This document shows, piece by piece, positions 41,322 through 48,841 of a DNA stretch of 64,000 nt. Each line of letters begins with the position of its first letter. Within the stretch, counting starts at the first letter, position 1. Both the position numbers and the translations under genes were made by a program. This DNA is from Candidatus Liptonbacteria bacterium (GTDB lineage: Bacteria; Patescibacteriota; Minisyncoccia; UBA6257; 2-01-FULL-56-20): assembly GCA_023244895.1 (NCBI GenBank), contig JAHFLL010000001.1:745802-809801 (forward strand), read 5' to 3'. A model generated the notes under the pieces. It searched no databases and was not told the DNA's origin. It saw only the letters and a list, made by a program, of their open reading frames with translations.

Positions 41322-42173
41322 ATGACTATCCGACTTCTTGTTGCGGCGCTAGCGTTCCTGCTTTTCGTTCCCATAGGGGTATCGGCGCAGGACGCCAAGC
41401 CTAGTCCGTGGTCGGGGTTCGCGTACATACACCTCAACACGGATACGAGCCGCGACGGAGGGAAGATGGAAATCCCCCGAGCGCGGCTACGCCTGACACG
41501 TAAACCCCAAGAGGGTTGCGCGGCGGGGCAGGTGGAACTTGACCCGTCTGACCAGAGCTGGGTCCACCAGGCCTGGCTGGCCTGTCACACGGAAAACGGC
41601 TGGGCCATGAAGATTGGGCGGGTGTTTCTGTCCGCGCTGACTCAGAGCCCGCCGCCCTTCCTCCTCCGGGAGGTGGGGTATCAAGGAAGCTATCCCTACA
41701 ACGCCTACGCCTATGGGGCGCAGGTAGAGGGTCCGTTGGGAAGGGGTTGGAAGGTCGGAGTCGACTTCACTGGCAAGTCCGGACTCGACTTCTCCGCGCC
41801 GGGGCAGTTCCGGGGCATGGAGGTCTCCCTGCTCGTCTCTCGGAAGAAGGGGGTTGTGGGGTACGGCTTTGCGGCCCAGGTCGGAAGCGACATCGCGTCG
41901 CGCTACGGCCTAAATGGCGAGTGGCGCGCGAAGCGTTTTACACTCAGCGGGCTCGTAAGCTACGCGACTGAGCGCAAACACGCGGAAGGGTTCGTGGTCG
42001 CAGAGCTTCGCCTAACCGAATTCCTCCAGCCGTACTTCCAGCTGGACCGGAGCAAGGGCCACACCACCTGGCTCCTCGGCCTCCAGTTCCGGCCAAGCGG
42101 CAACGTCTTTCTGGTCGCCGACGCGAATCGCGCGCGGGCGGCCACCAGGACGCAGGTTTTCTTCAAGAAGTAG
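41322..42173 (+). CDS. Porin-like beta-barrel protein, OprO/OprP-like N-terminus (GC-rich cassette)
   Basis: Signal peptide (VSA-Q), IPRARLRL..VELD..VHQAWL..KIGRVF, amphipathic strands. Confidence 0.6.
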   Translation: MTIRLLVAALAFLLFVPIGVSAQDAKPSPWSGFAYIHLNTDTSRDGGKMEIPRARLRLTRKPQEGCAAGQVELDPSDQSWVHQAWLACHTENGWAMKIGRVFLSALTQSPPPFLLREVGYQGSYPYNAYAYGAQVEGPLGRGWKVGVDFTGKSGLDFSAPGQFRGMEVSLLVSRKKGVVGYGFAAQVGSDIASRYGLNGEWRAKRFTLSGLVSYATERKHAEGFVVAELRLTEFLQPYFQLDRSKGHTTWLLGLQFRPSGNVFLVADANRARAATRTQVFFKK

Positions 42174-42301
42174 TAGCGAGGCAGGACGGCAACGCGTCGT
42201 CCTGCCCGCTCAATCCGAGCTCAGAATTATTTCTGAATTCGGATTGAGCCACGCGGACTGATTTGGCACGATTTTATCTTCCGCGCTAAGATTGGAGCGA
42301 G

Positions 42302-43369
42302 ATGCACCAGTTCTATAAATATCTGACCATAATATTGCTTGCGACCGCCGCCATAATCGGTCCAATTTTGTTCTTTGTTTTCCGACTATCCCCCGCTCCA
42401 CTCTTAGAACAAGCAAGTGTCCCGGGCACAAAAGAAGAAGTTGTGGAGTCGGAGACTCCCGTCCCCCGGGAACGGCAACCTATCAAGCTACTTGCCTTGG
42501 GCGATATTATGCTGGGTCGCGCAGTGCGAACTATGTATGAGAAGAATGGCCAGAACTATCTTTTGGGCAGTGCTTCGGAATTATTTTCCGGTAACGATAT
42601 CATCTGGACCAACCTGGAGGGTCCGACGCTTTATAACCCGCCCATCACGCCCGTAAATGGAATGGCGTTTGCTTTCACGACCAGCTCGCTCGCCATCCTA
42701 AAAAATGCGAATATAAACTTTCTTAATCTAGCCAATAACCACGGACTGGATCAGGGCAGGAAAGGATTTGAGGAAGCCCAGAAGATACTGCGCGAGAATA
42801 ATTTTATGTTTATGGGCGATCCGGCCAAGATCGGCGCGGCAAGTGTCGCCACCACCACGGTCAATGGCCGAGAGCTCGCGCTTCTGGGATTTAACGCAAC
42901 CTGGCAAACTTTTAAGCCGGAGGAGGCCGTAAAATTGATTCGGGAAATGAAGAGCTCCTCCTCTCGGTTAATCTTGGTAATGATCCATTGGGGGGAAGAA
43001 TATAAGCTCATTCATAACGCCGAACAGGAAAAAATCGCACATGCGCTTATAGACGCTGGCGCGGAGGTGGTTTTTGGCCATCATCCTCACGTGGTTCAAG
43101 ATATTGAAAAATATAACGGCAAATATATCTTCTACTCTCTGGGCAATCTTCTTTTTGACCAGTGGTTTTCAAAAGAGACTCAAGAGGGGCTGGCAGTGGA
43201 GATGAGTATTCTGGACGAGAATATTTCTTACCGCCTTCTGCCCTACCGTAGTGCACGCAGCGCGGTTACGGAACTGAGCGAGCCGGAAACACAAGCTTGG
43301 TTTTTAGACTTCGCGAAGCGCAACCCAAAAGAGCTGAGCGAGCCTATAGCGACTGGATATTTGGATTAA
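42302..43369 (+). CDS. CapA family metallophosphoesterase
   Basis: GDIMLGR, NLEGP, LANNH, HWGEEY, GHHPHV, YSLGN. Confidence 0.93.
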   Translation: MHQFYKYLTIILLATAAIIGPILFFVFRLSPAPLLEQASVPGTKEEVVESETPVPRERQPIKLLALGDIMLGRAVRTMYEKNGQNYLLGSASELFSGNDIIWTNLEGPTLYNPPITPVNGMAFAFTTSSLAILKNANINFLNLANNHGLDQGRKGFEEAQKILRENNFMFMGDPAKIGAASVATTTVNGRELALLGFNATWQTFKPEEAVKLIREMKSSSSRLILVMIHWGEEYKLIHNAEQEKIAHALIDAGAEVVFGHHPHVVQDIEKYNGKYIFYSLGNLLFDQWFSKETQEGLAVEMSILDENISYRLLPYRSARSAVTELSEPETQAWFLDFAKRNPKELSEPIATGYLD

Positions 43370-43478
43370 TGTCAGATTGTCCGAGTTCGATATTCTATGT
43401 TTTATGACTCATGTTGCATATTCTTAATTGACTTTTACGCCTAATTTATGTAATATTGCGCTTGTAAATCAATACCCC

Positions 43479-43988
43479 ATAGCCATACTTAGACCACGCA
43501 TCAACAATCAAATAACCGCTCCGCAATTGCGGGTAATAGACTCGGAAGGTAAAAATCTGGGGGTTATTACACGGGAAGAGGCGTTGCAGTTGGCTCGACC
43601 AGAAGAAGGACTGGACCTGATAGAGATTTCTTCCACTGCCGTGCCTCCAGTAGCGCGCATAATGAGCTTTGATAAGTACCGCTATGAACGCGAGAAGGCA
43701 GATAAGAAGGAGCGTCAACTTCAAAAGGCGGCAGGGGGCAAGAGAATCCAAATCAGCGTGCGAGCCGCGGAACACGACCTTCAAACCAAGGTTCATCAGC
43801 TAGAAAAGTTTCTAAATGAAGGACATCAGGTGGAAGTGTACGTAAGATTGAGGGGCAGGGAGAAGTACAATCAGAACTTCGCGAATCAGAAACTAGGCGA
43901 TTTCTTGAAAATGATAACTGTGGAATATAAGACTATGGGCGCGCCCCGCTTCGCGCAAGGATTAAGTATTCAAATAGTAAAAAAGTAG
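43479..43988 (+). CDS. infC: Translation initiation factor IF-3 (probable non-canonical ATA start)
   Basis: INNQI..LRVID, LDLIEI, PPVARIM, LRGRE; the track's TTG is the promoter -35 box. Confidence 0.92.
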   Translation: MAILRPRINNQITAPQLRVIDSEGKNLGVITREEALQLARPEEGLDLIEISSTAVPPVARIMSFDKYRYEREKADKKERQLQKAAGGKRIQISVRAAEHDLQTKVHQLEKFLNEGHQVEVYVRLRGREKYNQNFANQKLGDFLKMITVEYKTMGAPRFAQGLSIQIVKK

Positions 43989-43989
43989 A

Positions 43990-44031
43990 CAGCGACCCGA
44001 ATGTCACGAATTACATACGAATTACCCGAAT
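43990..44031 (+). repeat. AGCGACCCGAAT-type repeat unit
   Basis: AGCGACCCGAATGTCACGAATTACATACGAATTACCCGAAT; related copies at 51714-51848. Confidence 0.7.
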
Positions 44032-44040
44032 AATAAAAAC

Positions 44041-44211
44041 ATGAGTATTAGAAAAAGCATCAGTAAGAGAATAAGGATAACCAGAAACGGCAAGATTGTG
44101 CGTCGCCCCATGGGCGTGGACCATTTTCGCACTCGCAAGAGCAGTAAGAATGTGCGCAGCAAGCGCAAGACTCTTTCTATTGATCACGCCGTTAAAACAA
44201 TAATGCACTAG
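44041..44211 (+). CDS. rpmI: 50S ribosomal protein L35 (missing from ORF track)
   Basis: MSIRKSISKRIRITRNGKIVRRPMGVDHFRTRKSSKNVRSKRK..., 56 aa, between infC and rplT. Confidence 0.92.
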   Translation: MSIRKSISKRIRITRNGKIVRRPMGVDHFRTRKSSKNVRSKRKTLSIDHAVKTIMH

Positions 44212-44256
44212 TGGTCAATTTATAAATTATTAATTAATAATCATTAATCAACCGAT

Positions 44257-44601
44257 ATGCCTAGAGTAAAGAGAGGAACAACCGCGAATAAGCGCCGTAA
44301 GAACGTACTCAAACAAACCAAAGGTTTTCGCTGGGGCCGTAAGTCTAAAGAGCGCGCCGCCAAGGAAGCGCTACTGCACGGTTTGCGCCGCAAACTACGC
44401 GGACGCAAAGAGAAGAAGCGCAATTATCGCGCCCTGTGGAGTGCCCGCATCAATGCCGGCACCCGCGCGGAAGGAATGAGTTATAGCAAATTGATTTCCG
44501 GGTTAAAGAAGAAGGGGATAAAGCTGGACCGCAAGATTCTTTCTACCCTAGCTGAAACCGAACCCAAAGTATTCAAAAATATCATAGAGCTGGCCAAATA
44601 G
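44257..44601 (+). CDS. rplT: 50S ribosomal protein L20
   Basis: MPRVKRG, RALWSARINA, LDRKILS. Confidence 0.97.
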   Translation: MPRVKRGTTANKRRKNVLKQTKGFRWGRKSKERAAKEALLHGLRRKLRGRKEKKRNYRALWSARINAGTRAEGMSYSKLISGLKKKGIKLDRKILSTLAETEPKVFKNIIELAK

Positions 44602-44658
44602 AATAATTCCACACGAAACTTGTACGCGCCCCCGCCGATTGACGGGGGCGCGTTCGTT

Positions 44659-45324
44659 CTAGCGCAAAAACACGATGTACCAGCGCAGAAAGTTGCGGTC
44701 GTTCCGGAGCTGGTATGCGGCGGTGAGCGCGATTTTGCGCGCGCCGAGATGTGGGAGCGGCCGCAAGACCAGGCTCACTCGTGGACCCGCGCCCCAGGAA
44801 TCCCGGCCATGAAAACGGCTCACCACCTCAGATTCCGCTCCGACTCGCAGGACCATGCCTGCGGTATCCAGTTTAGCAGAACTGGAGGCTACGGGTGCGT
44901 CCGTGGAAATAAAGGAGATGGTGCGAGCGGACTGGCCACGGGGGTAGAGGTGGGCTTCTCCGTAAAGATTCCACTCCCCGATTTTGCGCAGACCGCGCAG
45001 ATTGAAGGCTGGCTCCAAGCGGATCGCTCCTCCCTGATTGACCCGCGCGCCGATCAGGAACTCCACCCAGTTGGGTTTACTGGCCCAACCGACACCAACC
45101 AGGCTTAAAGAGGTGGCGCCCGTGCTCGTGCCCTCTTTATTGACCGCAGTCATGTCCGGCAGGACCAGCCATCCTGCCAGGGACCAGCCCGATTGGGCGG
45201 GCTGCTGGTGGAACGCGAGCCGGACTTGTGTCTCCGTGCCGTTCTGCGCCATCGCTGGCATAGCCCAAAGGAACGCGAAAAGCACGGTGATCGTGGCGAC
45301 GAGCATCTTAATATTAAGACCCAT
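44659..45324 (-). CDS. Secreted beta-strand-rich protein, possible beta-barrel (GC-rich cassette; start revised to ATG 45324)
   Basis: Signal peptide (AMA-Q), alternating hydrophobic strands, C-terminal RWYIVFLR. Confidence 0.6.
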   Translation of the reverse strand: MGLNIKMLVATITVLFAFLWAMPAMAQNGTETQVRLAFHQQPAQSGWSLAGWLVLPDMTAVNKEGTSTGATSLSLVGVGWASKPNWVEFLIGARVNQGGAIRLEPAFNLRGLRKIGEWNLYGEAHLYPRGQSARTISFISTDAPVASSSAKLDTAGMVLRVGAESEVVSRFHGRDSWGAGPRVSLVLRPLPHLGARKIALTAAYQLRNDRNFLRWYIVFLR

Positions 45325-45571
45325 GATGCGCCTTCCCTTCTGTCTTAGTTTCAAGATATTTAATTCTCAAGGCTTAAGTGTCAGGATTGACACTCTGGCC
45401 CTAATCATTCATAGTTAGGCAGTGGTGGCCAAGACCACCAATGGGTGGTATATACCACCACATAGTTCTTGATAATATTTGATCTTCTACTGCAGGCATT
45501 ACAGACGCGTGCTAAAGAAAGCGGGCTGCCTACGAGAAAAAACATGTCGTTAGATTTACATAAATATTAAA

Positions 45572-46345
45572 ATGGTAATCTCAAGAGTGGTGGCGGAAAG
45601 CCTGGGCCTCTCCCCTAATGAAGCGAGAATATACGAGGCACTCGTGGAACACGGTGAGTCGGGAGTGAGCGAGATAGCGCTTTTCGGCAATATCCACCGC
45701 CGGAACGCTTATGACGCTATCCATCGTTTAGTAGAGAAGGGGCTGTGCTTCCCGATTCTTTCCGCGGGAGAAAATAAATACAACGCCGTGGACCCAGATA
45801 AACTGGTTGAGCTTCTATCGGAAAATTCCGAACGCCTATTAAAAGTTCTACCGGAATTAAAAAAGAAATTTGCCGCCCGGGTGGCACCGGAAGAGGCTTA
45901 TATCTATCGCGGGCTGGAAGGCCAAAAGAATATTTGGCGAGACGTTCTGCGGGTGGGCGAGGACAGCTATTTCATCGGCGCCAAAGGTGGCTGGTTTGAT
46001 CCCCTTCTCGCGCATTCCAATGAGGCATTCTTTAAAGAGGCTAACCGCAAGAAAATAAAATTTATTCAACTTTTTGATTATGAAGTTAAGGATCAATTAT
46101 CCGACTTCCCTGACTACTTTCCCGGCAAACTAGAATACAGGTTTTTGGACAAAAAATATTCTACTGATTCTGGCATTCATATCTTCGGCGATTACGTTGT
46201 TACCTATACCGGCCTGCATATTAAAAAACTGGCGGAGGATTTAACTTTTTTCGTAATCCATAGCAAGAACCTAGCCGAAAGTTACCGTATCTGGTTTTGG
46301 TCCATGTGGGATTCCGCCATTCCACCTAAAAGTCTGAAAAGGTAA
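45572..46345 (+). CDS. TrmB-family transcriptional regulator
   Basis: LGLSPNEARIYEAL..IHRRNAYDAIHRLVEKGL..YNAVDP. Confidence 0.9.
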   Translation: MVISRVVAESLGLSPNEARIYEALVEHGESGVSEIALFGNIHRRNAYDAIHRLVEKGLCFPILSAGENKYNAVDPDKLVELLSENSERLLKVLPELKKKFAARVAPEEAYIYRGLEGQKNIWRDVLRVGEDSYFIGAKGGWFDPLLAHSNEAFFKEANRKKIKFIQLFDYEVKDQLSDFPDYFPGKLEYRFLDKKYSTDSGIHIFGDYVVTYTGLHIKKLAEDLTFFVIHSKNLAESYRIWFWSMWDSAIPPKSLKR

Positions 46346-46359
46346 TTCGCGCACCACAT

Positions 46360-46998
46360 ATCAAAAATACCCCAAGTGGGATATTTTTGATTTATACTCT
46401 CACCGTTTTAATCCACGATATAATCCCGAACTAAAACGGTTGGAGGTCGGACGCATTGCGCGCCCGACCTCCGGATTCTGTCTGCAGGTGTCCCTATCCT
46501 GCACGGGGCCGACACTGCCGTCGACAGCCTCCAGTGTGTTTTTTACGCATCCCTGGATACAGCGTTCGACCTTAGTCGTGGTCAACGACTAGGTCGCAGC
46601 GAACCTTCTTCGCGGGGGTCTTTTCGCCACAGGCCACCCCACCGGCTAGTTCGCACATCGCCTTTCGCCAGCCTGGTTCTGCTACGCAGGAAGCCCTACG
46701 GGCTCCTGTTTCATAACGACACGCTTTCCCTCCTTGGATCTTTGGGATCCGCGTAAAACGACGGTCAATGCGGCGACCGCCAACCGTGCCCCACCAATAA
46801 GCGGAGCAAGTAATACCGGGGTGTTCTTATCCCCAGCGCCAAATATCTAAACCGACATTACAAACACTTAAATGGATAATTCTATTTAGATACTTAGCGC
46901 TAGGGACACCTTAAAAGAACTCCTCGTCTCAATCTACAAACTATCATTTATAGATTGAGGTAGGAGTCCCAACATGCGACGTATCGCAGTTGGGACCC
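46360..46998. other. Non-coding chain of hairpins; candidate structured RNA
   Basis: Roughly a dozen consecutive inverted repeats and no credible ORF. Confidence 0.45.
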
Positions 46999-47058
46999 AA
47001 GATGTTGTGGAGTGGACTGATGGAGAATCAGTCGCGGACTCCTATTTCAGCTACCCGC

Positions 47059-47631
47059 CTAGAAGACGGCGGGCCGCACTACCGGGATCGGGTGGGGCTT
47101 TGTCCATGTTGCCCCGACCAGCCCAGCGGCGTGGACCTCGGCCAGTCGCTCCTTGGGAACGATCCAGCCCCGCGTGCCACTAACCGAGAAGTCGGCGACA
47201 GCGAACTCGTCGCCGAACCCGACTGGCTGAAACCCACCGGGGCTATACAGTACCGGGAGGCCCAACTCACGGCAGCCGCGGCGGAGCGGCAGGTCACGCA
47301 ACAGCTCGATTTCGCAACCGGGCCAGTACGCTCCCTCCCTCATCGCCCGCGCGAACCGCAGGTGGCGACAGGAGTGCCCACCGCGCGAGCCCCCTTCCAC
47401 TACGACGATCGCGTCATTGGTAAAGGTGAAGGTCGCGCCATTAACCCCCATCCAGTCCTCGATCGGCTTGTCGCAAGTCGCGACCTGCAGGACGTCGGGG
47501 GTAGCGATGATGGCCACCCACAACTTCCATCCGGCCGGGACGAACATCGGGGTCTGCTCGTAGGCGTCCATCCGCCAGCTGGCGGGCAGGTCTGCCACCG
47601 GCTGCACGAATCTTCCTGATAGTCCTGACAT
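47059..47631 (-). CDS. Hypothetical protein (GC-rich cassette; start revised to ATG 47631)
   Basis: SD GGAGGT, upstream consensus promoter, downstream hairpin. Confidence 0.6.
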   Translation of the reverse strand: MSGLSGRFVQPVADLPASWRMDAYEQTPMFVPAGWKLWVAIIATPDVLQVATCDKPIEDWMGVNGATFTFTNDAIVVVEGGSRGGHSCRHLRFARAMREGAYWPGCEIELLRDLPLRRGCRELGLPVLYSPGGFQPVGFGDEFAVADFSVSGTRGWIVPKERLAEVHAAGLVGATWTKPHPIPVVRPAVF

Positions 47632-47797
47632 GACCACCTCCACGAAGGTTGCAGGTCCCACCGCCTGCGATTAATTTTGAACATCGCCGTGGGGAGCGAT
47701 GTTTTCGGCAGAGTACTTAAAAATCAATAAATATTAATTCCTAAATACTCCGCCGAAAATCAACTTATCTCAAGGTACTATTCAAGCTTACTCTCTT

Positions 47798-47827
47798 ATT
47801 ATACCACATAATATGCCATATTGTCAA
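47798..47827 (-). promoter_or_regulatory. Consensus sigma70 promoter
   Basis: TTGACA-18 nt-TATAAT with extended TG. Confidence 0.75.
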
Positions 47828-47865
47828 GTGTAAAATAGCCCTATTTTACCTATATAAAAACACGA

Positions 47866-48219
47866 TCAGATCCCTCTCCGCCTGCTGGCGGCTCGGGATG
47901 AAAAACTATACCGCCTTAGGTCTACCTTTCCTTTTCTTACCAATACCCCTTCCTGGGCGAGAAGTGCCTGCTTCTTTTTGGTGCCAAAAGCGAAACCGCC
48001 CAAGGAACCGTCCGAGCACACCACCCGATGGCAAGGCACCCGCCGGTTGGCGGACAAATCTTTTACAAGATATGAATATTTATTTTTATTTAAAGCATTG
48101 CCCACCGCCCGAGCGGCACGCGGATGGCCAATCATGCGCGCGATTTGCGCGTAGGTGGCAACTTTACCGCGTGGTATTTTGCGGGCGGCGTTCCACACCT
48201 TTTCTGCGAAGGAAATCAT
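47866..48219 (-). CDS. MGMT-family O6-alkylguanine DNA alkyltransferase (C-terminal domain only)
   Basis: IPRGKVATY, ARAVGNAL, VPCHRVV. Confidence 0.92.
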   Translation of the reverse strand: MISFAEKVWNAARKIPRGKVATYAQIARMIGHPRAARAVGNALNKNKYSYLVKDLSANRRVPCHRVVCSDGSLGGFAFGTKKKQALLAQEGVLVRKGKVDLRRYSFSSRAASRRRGI

Positions 48220-48721
48220 TAGCTTGTTGGAGAGCTCGCTTAGTTCCTTGATAACGACCTAAGATGTGCATCGCGTCCGGATACAAAAACCAGGCATAGC
48301 CACTATGCTCCCTGTCCGAAATACGCACTTCCGCTTTTCTGGTTTCCGCCAGATACAAAATCACAGTGTCGTAAATACGATGGCCGTCTTTCTCAAAATG
48401 AAATTTTACGTAGGTCTTAAACCCTTGCGCCAAGTGTAAATCGGCACGCTTTAGTCCGGTCTCTTCCTCGGTCTCTCGAAAGGCGGTTGCCAAGGCGTTT
48501 TCGCCCTGCTCGAAGTGCCCCTTGGGGAAGTTCCAATAGGAGCCACGCCTGTACAAGAGAAGATACTTCGTGCCTTCTTCCGTCTTGCGATACACAATAA
48601 ATCCCGCCACCACCTGTTTCTTTACGTTGGGATCATGAACCGACTGACTGGGTACGTTTGAGTGGCCATCCCTCCCGCGCGCGATATTTGTTCGATTTTG
48701 CCTGTATTGAGATTGATTCAT
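48164..48721 (-). CDS. NUDIX hydrolase, Ap4A hydrolase-like
   Basis: WNFPKGHFEQGE..TAFRETEEETGL, EHSGYAW. Confidence 0.9.
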   Translation of the reverse strand: MNQSQYRQNRTNIARGRDGHSNVPSQSVHDPNVKKQVVAGFIVYRKTEEGTKYLLLYRRGSYWNFPKGHFEQGENALATAFRETEEETGLKRADLHLAQGFKTYVKFHFEKDGHRIYDTVILYLAETRKAEVRISDREHSGYAWFLYPDAMHILGRYQGTKRALQQANDFLRRKGVERRPQNTTR

Positions 48722-48841
48722 TTTCCTACTGAGATACCAATTTAATTAAGGGCTAATAATATCACGAGCGAAAAATAAATAATAATTCACAACAGATAAC
48801 CGGAGAGGGGCGACCGAGAGATAACAAAGGCGCGCCTAGAA

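Noticed and set aside
44011-44208. 65-aa minus-strand ORF
   Set aside because: Antisense to rpmI
46400-46714. Frame from ATG 46714 interrupted only by three TAG codons (amber readthrough?)
   Set aside because: TAG is an ordinary stop here (rpmI, rplT), the SD-like AAGGAGG is 14 nt away and the product is unrecognisable
46440-46740. RNase P RNA (minus strand has ACAGAATCCGG and GGAGGGAAAG)
   Set aside because: No GAAAGTCC-type 5' P4 strand complementary to the 3' motif, and no CTTA after it
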